Numbered from the stretch's first letter, positions 19,254 through 29,578 are shown. The stretch is DNA of 45,482 nt from a virus (IMGVR_UViG_3300014208_000063:1-45482), one strand, 5' to 3'. Program-made: numbers and translations. Notes: a model not told the origin generated them from the letters alone.

Positions 19254-19264
19254 AAACCCCTTCC
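19241..19264 (+). terminator. GC-rich hairpin closing the HNH cassette
   Basis: GGAGGGG-(GCGTAAAAA)-CCCCTTCC; no + strand U-tract. Confidence 0.35.
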
Positions 19265-19274
19265 ACAAAAACAA

Positions 19275-20006
19275 ATGAAAACAGGAATAATAATACCAGA
19301 TTTACATTACCCTATACACGATAAAAAGTATTTAAAGACTTTGTTTGCTTTAACTAAAGATATAAATCCTAATTACCTTATATATCTAGGAGATTGCTTT
19401 GACGCTTATGGTATTAGTCGGTTCGCAAAAAGAAATGGTTTAGATATGGAAGTTGGAGTATGGCAAACTCATCAAGAGATACTAGGCTTTAAAAAGGAAA
19501 TATATGAACCTTTAAAAGCAAAGTGCAAAAAAGGCACAAAGATATACTGGACTGGTGGTAATCACGACGATCAGCGAACTAGAGATGCTATTGAAGAAAT
19601 GCCAGAAAGAGCTGAATTACTTGATTTGAATAAACACTTTCCTGATGCTGAAATATGCCAGTATAATAAATCCATTAAAATAGGCAAAGTTTACTTTACG
19701 CACGGAGTATATACTAATGATGCTCACGCTAAAAAGCATACAATAGCTTTTGAGGGCAATGTAGTCTATGGACATACGCATACTGCTCAGGAGTATATTA
19801 AGACTACACACGGAAATAACGGAACACACGGAGGATTTTCAATGGGGTGCGGCTGTAACAACAATCCTGAATATATGAAAAACAGACCAAATAGTTGGGT
19901 ACATATGATAGGAGTGATATACTTTCAAGATAATGGAAACTTTAACCTTTACAAGATATTTGTAAATAAAGGAAAAGCAATATTTAATAATAAAGAGTAT
20001 AAGTAA
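19275..20006 (+). CDS. Calcineurin-like metallophosphoesterase
   Basis: DLH, GDCFD, GNHD, HG and GHTH motifs all present. Confidence 0.9.
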   Translation: MKTGIIIPDLHYPIHDKKYLKTLFALTKDINPNYLIYLGDCFDAYGISRFAKRNGLDMEVGVWQTHQEILGFKKEIYEPLKAKCKKGTKIYWTGGNHDDQRTRDAIEEMPERAELLDLNKHFPDAEICQYNKSIKIGKVYFTHGVYTNDAHAKKHTIAFEGNVVYGHTHTAQEYIKTTHGNNGTHGGFSMGCGCNNNPEYMKNRPNSWVHMIGVIYFQDNGNFNLYKIFVNKGKAIFNNKEYK

Positions 20007-20007
20007 T

Positions 20008-21492
20008 ATGGCAGAACAATTAAAACCAAAAAGCATAAGAAACTTAGGAATAAATGGAGTTATTAGACCTTCAGAGGTTGATGATTCTTTAATTCCAGAC
20101 GGAGCTGTTACAGAAGCTAAGAATTTTGAATTTGACCAAATAGGAGCATCTACTTCTAGACCAGGTTTGACTACATTGGGAAGCTCAGTATCAGCTGGAT
20201 ATGGTTGTGTAGGAATGCACAATGCACTTTCTAATACAGCTGTAGCTGTGTTTTCTCAAGCTGGTTCTTCTGCTATATATGTTTTTGATAAATCAACTAC
20301 TTGGGGCACAGGTTTAACTGGTGGTGCTAAAAGTGCTACTATAAGATTTGTAGATTTTGGCTCTTATTCAATAGTCGTTAACTTCTCTGGTTCAATGAGA
20401 GTATGGTCAGGTGGGGCTGAAACTTCTAGTTATTGGTTTACTTCAGGACATTCTATAAATCCTCATAACCTATGGGAGCAACCAGTCAATCCTCAATATG
20501 GTGAGGTTTACAAGTCAAGAGTTTATTTATTCGGAGATACTGCTAACGCAGGCGATCCGTCAAGACTTTATTTCTCCTCGGTTATAGACAGTCAAGGTTC
20601 AATTACTTTCAGTCCGACAGTAGATTATGTAGATATAAACCCTGGCGATGGAGAAGACGGAACAGGCTTAAAACGCTACTCATTAGAGCTTTTATGCTTT
20701 AAACCTAATTATATATATCGTTTTAGAACATCAGGAACAGACCCAGACCCTTTAATTAAAATAGGCACAAGGTCAAATGAAAGTATTGTAGAGGGTAAAC
20801 GGGGTCTTTACTTTCATCACGACTCTGGATTTTATCGCTATACAGGTGGTTACCCAGAAGAAATCAGCAGTCCTATTAATGACTTTATAGAAGCTATACC
20901 TTATAGTCAGTATTCTAGTATAGTCGGTTGGAACGACAATAATCACATCTATTGGTCAGTTGGAAATCTAAGCATAGCCGAAACTAAGGAAACAACTACT
21001 TGGAAAAATGTCGTCTTACGTTATACAGAATCAAGTGATGTTTGGACAGTCTATTCATATAGTAACGATATAAGGTCAGCTATTACTTATAACAACGGAA
21101 CAAGTATTAGTAGAATAGTTGGTACAGACCACGGAGTAGTAGCTACTCAAAACAGTGGAACTTCTGACTTTGGAGAGCCTATTTACTACACTCTAAGAAC
21201 TAAGTGGTATGAATTTGACGGACTGACCTTTAGTAAGGTAATTAATGACTTAGTAGCCATATCAGAGAAAAGTCAAGCTATGACACTTATGTATCAGGTA
21301 GATGATGATTCTACTAGGTGGCAAACACTAGGTCAGATAACTGATTTTAGAACAGAATTTAATAACAATGATATAAGATTTAATCGTATAAGATTTAAAG
21401 TAACTGGTAGTTCAGTTTATGAATCACCAGTCTTTAGGGGTTTAGAGATTATACGAGGTATATTTGAAGGAGTAATTAAAAATGGCAGATAA
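20008..21492 (+). CDS. Tail tubular/stabilisation protein (P22 gp10 / T7 gp12-like beta-propeller)
   Basis: LIPDGAVTEAKNF...RPG start, RLYFSS, SIV and YFHHDSGFY repeats typical of podovirus nozzle proteins. Confidence 0.7.
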   Translation: MAEQLKPKSIRNLGINGVIRPSEVDDSLIPDGAVTEAKNFEFDQIGASTSRPGLTTLGSSVSAGYGCVGMHNALSNTAVAVFSQAGSSAIYVFDKSTTWGTGLTGGAKSATIRFVDFGSYSIVVNFSGSMRVWSGGAETSSYWFTSGHSINPHNLWEQPVNPQYGEVYKSRVYLFGDTANAGDPSRLYFSSVIDSQGSITFSPTVDYVDINPGDGEDGTGLKRYSLELLCFKPNYIYRFRTSGTDPDPLIKIGTRSNESIVEGKRGLYFHHDSGFYRYTGGYPEEISSPINDFIEAIPYSQYSSIVGWNDNNHIYWSVGNLSIAETKETTTWKNVVLRYTESSDVWTVYSYSNDIRSAITYNNGTSISRIVGTDHGVVATQNSGTSDFGEPIYYTLRTKWYEFDGLTFSKVINDLVAISEKSQAMTLMYQVDDDSTRWQTLGQITDFRTEFNNNDIRFNRIRFKVTGSSVYESPVFRGLEIIRGIFEGVIKNGR

Positions 21493-23122
21493 AAATATAT
21501 ATTCTTACGGATTTGATAAAGGCTTAAAACGAGAGATTAAAGATAACTCTACGGGTGTTGTTTATGATTATTTAAGAAACCAAATTAATACTGGACAAAT
21601 AATGGATAGGGGTAACTTAAACTTAGGAGAATCTAATTTAAGACTTTATGATGCAGTTGTAGATGTTAATTATTGGGGAGATTATACTGATATACAGTCA
21701 GCTTTAGATGCTGGGCATAAAAGAATTTTCTTAAGAAATGGAACATATATTATTAATAATAGTATCCGAATACTTGGTAATAATATATCTATAACTGGAG
21801 AAGATAGAAATAATACGATAATTAAAGCTAATAATAATTTAAGTAATGCAATTAATATAATAGAAATTGGCGATACAAGTTTAGCTGGTGGTGGTGCTTC
21901 AAGTAATGAAATTATTTCTAACTTAACAATAGATGGAAATTCTGATAATAATACACAAAATCATACTGGTATTTATATTTATGATAATGAAGATCATATA
22001 ATTGAAAACTGTAATATAAAAAATTGTGGAAATTATGGGCTTAATATATATAGTGGAAATGATGGGTCTAGTAATATTTACATTAGAAATAATATATTTA
22101 GTAATAATGAAAATGCTATTTATACTACAGCATCATCAAGTTTTATTTTATCAAATGATTTTACTCAAACTACTACATCAAACATATCTGGTCAACTTTT
22201 TGCTTATAATATAAGCAATAATCGTTTTAGTGGTGGTACTTACCATATTAATATTACAGGTTCTGATAGAAATATTATATCAAGTAATTATTTTTATTCT
22301 ACTGATGGCAATATGATTTTATTTGACTATACAACTGCTAATACAGAATGTAAATATAATATTATATCTAATAATTCATTTCAAACATTTGGAGGGGCTT
22401 CAACTGCTCAAGAAGATGTTATTGTATTTTCAGGAGCACAATATAATGAGATAAGTAATAATATTTTTTATGGTTCGTTTTTTAAGACAAATGATACTTA
22501 TGCTTTTATTTTATTAAAGACTGATACATCTTATTCTATTTATAATAATATATGTGGTAATACAATATTTCAATCTCAAGCTGTAGCAAGTAAAGCTAAA
22601 TATGGAATAGTAGAGTTTGACTCTAATCAAGATTATAATATAATTTCAAATAATATAGTCCAAGGTGCTGTAACGGCAAATTTTTTGATACAAGGTGCTA
22701 ATACAATATCTGAAAATAATGGTAATGCATCTGAATTAGAAAAGAATAAGATAGTAAAAATGAAAAATACATCTGGTGCTGGACTTCGTTTAGGAAATGT
22801 TGTGTCCTTTAAAGCTGTAGCAGCTGGGGATGAAGTTACAACTACTACTACCATTGGAGATGATTTAAGTTTTGGTATGGTTACAGAAACTATTAATAAT
22901 AATAATTATGGCAATATTAAAACAGAAGGAAAAACTCTTGATTTATGGGTAAATAACTCAGCTACTTCCATATCTATAGGAGATTATCTTTCTACCTATT
23001 CACACGCTTATTACGCTAACAAAGCAGTAGTAGGAGATATGGCTTTTGCTATAGCTTTAGAAGCTCCCACAACTAGCACAGCTCAAATATCAGCCTTATT
23101 AGTATCACCAAGAAAAATATGA
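21482..23122 (+). CDS. Tailspike with right-handed beta-helix (pectate-lyase-like)
   Basis: DYTDIQSALDAG..IFLRNGTY entry motif and many Asn-ladder IxNNxF repeats. Confidence 0.8.
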   Translation: MADKNIYSYGFDKGLKREIKDNSTGVVYDYLRNQINTGQIMDRGNLNLGESNLRLYDAVVDVNYWGDYTDIQSALDAGHKRIFLRNGTYIINNSIRILGNNISITGEDRNNTIIKANNNLSNAINIIEIGDTSLAGGGASSNEIISNLTIDGNSDNNTQNHTGIYIYDNEDHIIENCNIKNCGNYGLNIYSGNDGSSNIYIRNNIFSNNENAIYTTASSSFILSNDFTQTTTSNISGQLFAYNISNNRFSGGTYHINITGSDRNIISSNYFYSTDGNMILFDYTTANTECKYNIISNNSFQTFGGASTAQEDVIVFSGAQYNEISNNIFYGSFFKTNDTYAFILLKTDTSYSIYNNICGNTIFQSQAVASKAKYGIVEFDSNQDYNIISNNIVQGAVTANFLIQGANTISENNGNASELEKNKIVKMKNTSGAGLRLGNVVSFKAVAAGDEVTTTTTIGDDLSFGMVTETINNNNYGNIKTEGKTLDLWVNNSATSISIGDYLSTYSHAYYANKAVVGDMAFAIALEAPTTSTAQISALLVSPRKI

Positions 23123-23313
23123 TTATAAAACACCAAAACAAGTATTATACAGTAGAAAAAGAGTTTGATAAACAAGCTCGTCTTAATGAAATTAAACTAG
23201 AATTAGACAGATTAAAAGACTGGCAGAAAAACCAAAAAGATAGAATAGATAGTCTATATCAAAGAAAAGTAGAGCAGTTGACTGGAGAACAAAAGGAACT
23301 CAATTTACTATAA
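23119..23313 (+). CDS. Small coiled-coil hypothetical protein
   Basis: 64 aa, ATGA-coupled to the tailspike. Confidence 0.6.
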   Translation: MIIKHQNKYYTVEKEFDKQARLNEIKLELDRLKDWQKNQKDRIDSLYQRKVEQLTGEQKELNLL

Positions 23314-23332
23314 TATAAAAATAAGTTAAAAT
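23304..23332 (+). promoter_or_regulatory. sigma70-type promoter, probably leaderless
   Basis: TTTACT-17 nt-TAAAAT, ATG 6 nt downstream; shares an AAAATWAGT spacer with the promoters at 5876 and 42105. Confidence 0.45.
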
Positions 23333-23338
23333 AAAGAT

Positions 23339-24694
23339 ATGGCAATAGATGTAACAAAAGCAGAACAATTATCTAAATCACAACAAACTGCTATTCAAGC
23401 TAATTTACCAAAAGCAGGAGAATTATTTTTACTTGATATTGGTGAAGGTGGTCGTGCTTTAGCTACCATTAATAATGGTAATGTTGTTAGATTAGGATTT
23501 GATTTTCCTCAAGACTGGCAAGGTAAAACTATAGGTCAATGGCAAAATGAATTTACTAGAGATTATGCTAGTCAATTAGGAGTTGATTTAAATAGTTTAA
23601 AACAGCCAAATGTGGCAGACTTAAATCAATTCTATGGTCAAGGAGGTAAATTAACTAATGTAAACCAATTTAAAGGATTATATAGTAATGTATATGGAGG
23701 TGCTACACAAGAAGTTCCAACTGGTAATGTACAAACAGAAGGTGGAACAGTAAGTGCTGCTGGACTTCAAAATACATCTCAATCTGGTTTACAAGAAGGA
23801 AAAGCATATAAATTCCCTAATGACCCTAAAGTATATAGAGTAGAAAACGGACAGTTAGTTCATATACCAGACGAACAGACTTTTAGAGGTATGTATGGTG
23901 GACTTCCTGAATTAGGAACTAATGTAACCGAGCTACAGGGTACAATAGCTGATTATCAAAGTGGTGGTACTACCCCCTCCTCTACTCCAAGTGGAGGTAT
24001 AAACATACCAGATACTGGCAATCCCTTATTAAACGAAACCCTAAAGACTTTAAATGATTATTTAGCTGAATTACAGAGTAGGGGAGAGGTACTTAACCCT
24101 GAGATAGAGATAACCCCTGAAAAAGCAGCTGAGTTTTTAGCTCAAGCTCAATCTGAAATAAACCCATATTATGCTAGTCAGCTTGGTTTAGCTAGAGAAA
24201 ACTTATTAAGAAATGCTGGTTACACTACAGATAGTATAGCTCAATTTGAAAGTCAATTAGGCAAACAATACGGTCTAGCTCAACGACAAATAGGAGAGAG
24301 TGCGGCTGATAGAGGATTTGCTCAATCTGGTATTAGAAAACAAGAGGAAACTCAATTAGCTGAAGATGTCCAAAATAGAATAGACACTAACAGACGAGAT
24401 TTACAATTTCAATTAGGAAGTTCAGCTAGACAGTTTGCTCAACAGTTTGGTGGAACAGAGGGCTTTCAAACACCAAGTTTAAGTATAGCTTCAGCCCCTA
24501 GAGTTACAGGTCAAGGAACACTTGAACAAAGTGGTCAAACACCTTTTGTAGATTTATCAGATTCAGTTTATGACGATATAATAGGTGAACAAGAATATAA
24601 TCGTAGAGGAGCTGTTAGGTCTAGGTCATCTGAACTAGAAGGTGCTTTTAGAACTAACCAAGCGATAGACCAACAACGACAATTAATACTATAA
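23339..24694 (+). CDS. Putative DNA ejection (internal virion) protein
   Basis: Gln/Gly/Ala-rich and helical; AADRGFAQSGIR motif; first of three large genes before the lysis module. Confidence 0.6.
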   Translation: MAIDVTKAEQLSKSQQTAIQANLPKAGELFLLDIGEGGRALATINNGNVVRLGFDFPQDWQGKTIGQWQNEFTRDYASQLGVDLNSLKQPNVADLNQFYGQGGKLTNVNQFKGLYSNVYGGATQEVPTGNVQTEGGTVSAAGLQNTSQSGLQEGKAYKFPNDPKVYRVENGQLVHIPDEQTFRGMYGGLPELGTNVTELQGTIADYQSGGTTPSSTPSGGINIPDTGNPLLNETLKTLNDYLAELQSRGEVLNPEIEITPEKAAEFLAQAQSEINPYYASQLGLARENLLRNAGYTTDSIAQFESQLGKQYGLAQRQIGESAADRGFAQSGIRKQEETQLAEDVQNRIDTNRRDLQFQLGSSARQFAQQFGGTEGFQTPSLSIASAPRVTGQGTLEQSGQTPFVDLSDSVYDDIIGEQEYNRRGAVRSRSSELEGAFRTNQAIDQQRQLIL

Positions 24695-24696
24695 AT

Positions 24697-26811
24697 ATGG
24701 CTAGAAATTTTTATAAACAAGACGGAAGTTATTACTACTCTGATACTAATCAGCGTGTATTAAATATTCCCGAATTACAAGAAGCATCTAGAGCTGGTGG
24801 AATTGAGATACAGCCACCACAAACACCTCCTGGAGCTGGTAATGTAGAAAGTAATTTAAGTGGGACTACTTATAATCAAGTAAATACTCCAGCACCAACA
24901 CCTCAAACTTTTGGAAGTGGTGGTACAGATTACGGAAAGTTTGGTATGGCTTTAATGGACTTACTTAAACAGCAACAACAGCTAGGAACTAGAGGTTTTG
25001 CTGAACAAGGCTTTAATGCTCAAGAAGCTCAAGCTAATCGTGTTCTGGCTAAAACTCCTGATGAGCTTATAGGGGCCAATCCTAATTTACAAAGCCAAGT
25101 AAGGTCGGCTAGTGCTGGAGCTGTAAGCCCAACTATATCTGGTGCTAGGTCATCTCAGCAGACTTTTAGTGAACAAATAGCTGGACTTGGCAATGCTTTA
25201 AATCAGGCTCAAGGAATAGGACAGTGGTTACAAGGACTAGAACGCCAAGACAAAGAAGATGCTTTGAATTTAATGTTTAAATTTCCTGAAGCTGTTAAAA
25301 ATATGGATGATGATGCTAAAAAGAAATTTGCTAAACTGGCTGGGGTTAATGTTGATTTTATAGATGCTATTCCAAATACAGTATCTAATCAAGGACCTTC
25401 TATAACAGAACAATTAGCTGCTGCTAAAGCAGGTTATGATATAAAAGATGGACAAATAACACCAAAAACTTATGAAAGCACTGGAACAATTAGCCCTAGT
25501 GATAAAACTGGCGGATCAGTTTCTTGGAGGACAAATAATCCAGGTAATATAAAATGGGGTGAATTTGCTAAAAGTTTAGGAGCAGTTGATTCTGGAATAC
25601 AAGCCACTGATGGTGGAACTTTTGCGTCATTTGAAAGTGAAGACGCTGGTAAAGCTGCTCAAATACAATTATTAAAAACAGCTTATAGTAATCTACCATT
25701 AGAACAAGCTATGAAAAGATGGTCTGGTAATGGTTATGGTGCTGATGTAGCTCCTGATTTACCATCCAATATTAAAATAGGAGAATTAAATGACCAACAA
25801 TTTAATTACTTATTAGATTCAATGAAGACTAGAGAAGGATGGAAAGAAGGAACTGTGGCTGGTGGAAGTCTTGCTGATTTACAACTTCAATCTGATATAG
25901 CTCAAATTAGAAATGGATTACTTACTAAAGGAGATGCTACTGATATTAAAGAAAAGTATTTTAATGACCCACAGAAATTACAACAAATAACTGATGCTTT
26001 TAATGACCCTAAAACTAAAGCTATTACAGCTACTCAAGCAACTAAATATGATGTACCAAATGATATAACTGGATGGCAACTTGATAACATATTAAAAGCT
26101 AGAGAAGCTAATGGTTATGGTAATCAATCATTTCAAGAATTACACGATTCTTCTGGTAATAAAGAATATCAAAATATTATTCAATGGCTTGAAACTAAGG
26201 AAGATATGACTAATATTCGTGCTTTAAAACAGGGTGGAGAATATATTAAAACATTATCTCCAGAAGAACAACAAAGAATATTTAATGAATATAGAGATGC
26301 TTTTGGAGTAAATAGTGTTCAGGAATTATTAAATGTTGGTGATGTAAACACTGGACCATTTACAGGTAGAACATTAGGAATTAGAGAAACAGCTGTCCCT
26401 GGTGCTTCAGATAAAGAAAGAAGACAAATTGCTTTAGATGTTATTTCTGGTAAATATACGATTGATTTTATGAGAGAAATTTCTGGTGTTGCTATTTCAC
26501 AACAGGAAGCGGCTAGATTACAAAAATTAGTCCCAAATATTAGACTTAATGATAAGAGATTTGTTGAAGCAGCCAAAGATGCCGAAGATGGTATTGAAAG
26601 AAATCTATTAGCAGCCGCCAATAAGTTTGGATTTAATACTATTGAAGAATTAGGACAAGCAACTCAATTAACTAGAAATGGTCAATATTGGAATATAGAT
26701 AATCAGGTTTTAGAAGCCATAGCTAATGGTTCTGAATTAGATTTTTCTCAACAAACTGGACTATCTGATGAAGAAGCCTATCAAGAATACTTAAATATAT
26801 TAAATCAATAA
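24697..26811 (+). CDS. Ejection protein with a lysozyme-like domain
   Basis: WRTNNPGNIK...FASFESEDAG...KRWS is a phage virion muralytic-type motif. Confidence 0.7.
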   Translation: MARNFYKQDGSYYYSDTNQRVLNIPELQEASRAGGIEIQPPQTPPGAGNVESNLSGTTYNQVNTPAPTPQTFGSGGTDYGKFGMALMDLLKQQQQLGTRGFAEQGFNAQEAQANRVLAKTPDELIGANPNLQSQVRSASAGAVSPTISGARSSQQTFSEQIAGLGNALNQAQGIGQWLQGLERQDKEDALNLMFKFPEAVKNMDDDAKKKFAKLAGVNVDFIDAIPNTVSNQGPSITEQLAAAKAGYDIKDGQITPKTYESTGTISPSDKTGGSVSWRTNNPGNIKWGEFAKSLGAVDSGIQATDGGTFASFESEDAGKAAQIQLLKTAYSNLPLEQAMKRWSGNGYGADVAPDLPSNIKIGELNDQQFNYLLDSMKTREGWKEGTVAGGSLADLQLQSDIAQIRNGLLTKGDATDIKEKYFNDPQKLQQITDAFNDPKTKAITATQATKYDVPNDITGWQLDNILKAREANGYGNQSFQELHDSSGNKEYQNIIQWLETKEDMTNIRALKQGGEYIKTLSPEEQQRIFNEYRDAFGVNSVQELLNVGDVNTGPFTGRTLGIRETAVPGASDKERRQIALDVISGKYTIDFMREISGVAISQQEAARLQKLVPNIRLNDKRFVEAAKDAEDGIERNLLAAANKFGFNTIEELGQATQLTRNGQYWNIDNQVLEAIANGSELDFSQQTGLSDEEAYQEYLNILNQ

Positions 26812-26815
26812 ATAT

Positions 26816-28363
26816 ATGGCCTTAACACGAGAACAATTTCAACAGTTAAGAAATAAAGGATTATCTCCACAACAGATAGCTAATTTTGAAGCTGGTAATC
26901 AACCTCAATCAACTACACCAACTACACCAACTAAACTACCTCAAACTAAAATAGGGGAAGTTGCCGAAGGAGCTGGTAGAGGGATAATTAAAACATTAAG
27001 TGGTATATCTTCATTAGGAGAACGTGGTTTAAAGGCTGTTACTGGTGGAATAGGAGCTTTATTTACAGATAAAACATTTCAAGATGTTAAACAAGATATA
27101 AAAGCTCCAACTAGTGCTGAAAGATTAATACCAGAAGAACTAAGAACCAATAAAGGCTTGACTGGTTTGGGTAAGGTTGGTATGGGAGCAGAACAAGTCG
27201 CTGAATACTTTATACCAGGAACATCTGCTTTAAAATTAAGTAAGGCTATTAAGGGTGTTTCTACTGGTGCTAAATTAGCTAGATTTGGTGTTAGATCCTT
27301 AGCTGAAGCAGGAATTACTGGTGGACAGGCAGCCTTACAAGAAGGCAAGGTAGATGAAAAGGTTGGAAGCATATCATTATTTGGTGGTGTAGCACCTCTT
27401 ATTGGTAAAACTATTGGTTTAACTTCTAAGGGTATTCCTAAGTTAATGAGATTTATAAGTCCAGTAGATGACGAGGCTTTTAATGTTTTAAAAAATAGGT
27501 TTACTGGAGTAAATAAAGCAGTTAAAGAAGGACCAACAGCTCAAAAAACTCTTGATTATACAAGACAAAAAGCTATGGGTTTAAAAGAAAAGTTAAGCAA
27601 AGAGTGGAAACAAGGAGTTGGAGCAATAAAAAATGAATTTAAACAACAGCGTATAGATTTCCCAAAACCCATAGTCAATAAAATGACAGCTATAGCTGAA
27701 CAATATAGAGCATTTGATTTACCAAGAAATATGAAAAGTATAACCGTTGGTAAGGGTTTAGAGGTTTATAATAAATTAAATAGCCTATATGGTCAAAGAG
27801 CAGTTAGAGAAAGTGCTGAAGGTGCTATATTAAGAAAATTAAGAACTGACTATCGTAAATTTTTAGTACAAGGTTTTGGTGGAGAAGGTGGAGCAATAGA
27901 TAACTTGTTAAAAAACTATTCAGCTAAATCAGATATATTTAGTAATATTGATGATTTAGTCAAAGTGTTTGGTAAAAAACCAGTAGAAAGCACCACAGCT
28001 GCTAATAGATTACAAGCTATATTTGAAGAAAATAAGTTAGCTTATTTAGATGCAGTAATTCAATTTGAAAAAGAAACAGGAGCAGATGTATTAAGTAGAG
28101 TAGCAGCTCAAAAATTTCAACAAATATTACCAAGTGGAATAACTAAAGCTTCTGGTGGGTTACCAACTAAAGCAGATTTACTTCAACGAGTAGTTCAAAT
28201 TTTAGCCCTTCCTTTAACATCTCCTAGATTAGCTTTAGAAAGAGCAAGGGCTGGGGAAGCTTTAAAACCATTATTAAATAAAACATCTAATATTCCAGGA
28301 ATAAAACAAACAGGACAAAGAGTATTCGGAGATGAAACTCCTAGATTATCTTCACAATTATGA
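26816..28363 (+). CDS. Putative ejection protein
   Basis: Gly/Ala-rich amphipathic N-half, helical C-half; typical position. Confidence 0.6.
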   Translation: MALTREQFQQLRNKGLSPQQIANFEAGNQPQSTTPTTPTKLPQTKIGEVAEGAGRGIIKTLSGISSLGERGLKAVTGGIGALFTDKTFQDVKQDIKAPTSAERLIPEELRTNKGLTGLGKVGMGAEQVAEYFIPGTSALKLSKAIKGVSTGAKLARFGVRSLAEAGITGGQAALQEGKVDEKVGSISLFGGVAPLIGKTIGLTSKGIPKLMRFISPVDDEAFNVLKNRFTGVNKAVKEGPTAQKTLDYTRQKAMGLKEKLSKEWKQGVGAIKNEFKQQRIDFPKPIVNKMTAIAEQYRAFDLPRNMKSITVGKGLEVYNKLNSLYGQRAVRESAEGAILRKLRTDYRKFLVQGFGGEGGAIDNLLKNYSAKSDIFSNIDDLVKVFGKKPVESTTAANRLQAIFEENKLAYLDAVIQFEKETGADVLSRVAAQKFQQILPSGITKASGGLPTKADLLQRVVQILALPLTSPRLALERARAGEALKPLLNKTSNIPGIKQTGQRVFGDETPRLSSQL

Positions 28364-29103
28364 AGTTACCAATAAAATACAGGCTATATAATAATCGTCT
28401 ATGGGTAAGATGGGGATTAGATGAAGTATGGAAAGAAGTAAGAACTACTACTAATAAAAAGGTTACCCCTATTACTCAGAATTTTGGAGCAGACTTTGTA
28501 TGGAATTTAGCTTCTCATCCAGAGTGGAAAGGTAGATGGTTTTATAAAGACATTATAGGTATAGATGGACATAATGGAATAGACTTTGAAGCTCCAACTG
28601 GAACTAGACTATATGCTCCTCACGATGGAGTGATTACAGAACTTCTTATCGCTGATGGTTATGGAATAAGATTACAAGGAGCAGAGTATTCATCTATTTT
28701 CTATCATCTAAAAGAATTTCATTGTTCCCTTAATCAAGAAGTTAAGCAAGGGGATTTTATAGCCCTCACAGACAACACAGGACGTTATACGACAGCTCCA
28801 CACCTTCACTGGGGTGTTAAGGGCTTAGATGGTAAATACTTTGACCATAGAGGATTTATAGAAGACCTAGATATAGTAGAGTTCCCATATAAAGAAGGAC
28901 AATGTTTTCTAGTAAAACCAGATGGACAATTCTATGTTTATGAGAGTGGAGATTTAATTTATTACGACAGCGATAAACAACCCGACCGACATATCCCTAT
29001 AGTAGATTTCTTTATCAAGAAGAATAAGGAAGGACTACCACCTAACTTTATAAAGGTTTTAGATATAAGTGAATTTAATAAGTTTAATAATTTAATAAAA
29101 TGA
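28360..29103 (+). CDS. M23 family peptidase (endolysin)
   Basis: HNGID (HxxxD), YHL and PHLH (HxH) motifs. Confidence 0.9.
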   Translation: MKLPIKYRLYNNRLWVRWGLDEVWKEVRTTTNKKVTPITQNFGADFVWNLASHPEWKGRWFYKDIIGIDGHNGIDFEAPTGTRLYAPHDGVITELLIADGYGIRLQGAEYSSIFYHLKEFHCSLNQEVKQGDFIALTDNTGRYTTAPHLHWGVKGLDGKYFDHRGFIEDLDIVEFPYKEGQCFLVKPDGQFYVYESGDLIYYDSDKQPDRHIPIVDFFIKKNKEGLPPNFIKVLDISEFNKFNNLIK

Positions 29104-29309
29104 TTATGTGGACAAAAATTAAAGGAATTTTAGGCAGTATCAGATTTTGGTTGATAACATTATTTTGGCTATCAACTTATATTGCTAAAGTAGAAGTAGA
29201 TGGTTTCTTACTATCAGAGTTATTTAATCAAATTGGTTATTGGTTAGGTAGCGTAGCTGGAGTTGGAACAGTTGATCAAATTGCTAAAGCATTGAAAGAA
29301 GCTAAATAA
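29100..29309 (+). CDS. Putative holin
   Basis: 69 aa, two hydrophobic segments, SIRFW motif, follows the endolysin. Confidence 0.65.
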   Translation: MIMWTKIKGILGSIRFWLITLFWLSTYIAKVEVDGFLLSELFNQIGYWLGSVAGVGTVDQIAKALKEAK

Positions 29310-29322
29310 TCATAGGTCTATT

Positions 29323-29349
29323 AAACTGCTTCTACTGGAGCAGTTTTTT
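29323..29349 (+). terminator. Rho-independent terminator ending the late operon
   Basis: AAACTGCTTC-TACT-GGAGCAGTTT followed by a T-run. Confidence 0.8.
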
Positions 29350-29351
29350 AG

Positions 29352-29398
29352 TTATACACAGTTGGGGTATTGCCAAATTAAAAATTAATTGCTATACT
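29352..29398 (+). promoter_or_regulatory. DnaA box plus sigma70 promoter
   Basis: TTATACACA (29352-29360), then TTGCCA-17 nt-TATACT (29370-29398). Confidence 0.7.
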
Positions 29399-29419
29399 TT
29401 TAATGAGCTACTATAATAT

Positions 29420-29578
29420 CTGTCAAAATCAGAAAGATGAGCCTTTAGCAAGGTTCCTATCTCCGTTACGGGGCTAGCCTCTTTCTGAGCTAGGACAGTA
29501 GGAATCTTGCTAAGGGCTTTTTGTATCTCTAGCTTCCTCTAATCCAATACTTCTAGACTATATTGGATTGGGGGCTAG
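29420..29578 (+). other. Structured leader (terminator-like hairpin, alternative fold, second hairpin)
   Basis: 20-bp stem 29440-29459/29499-29518 plus T-run; second hairpin 29529-29578. Confidence 0.65.

Noticed and set aside
19106-19324. Alternative-frame ORF in the HNH cassette
   Set aside because: Overlaps the SD-led 19014 gene, crosses the hairpin and has no motif
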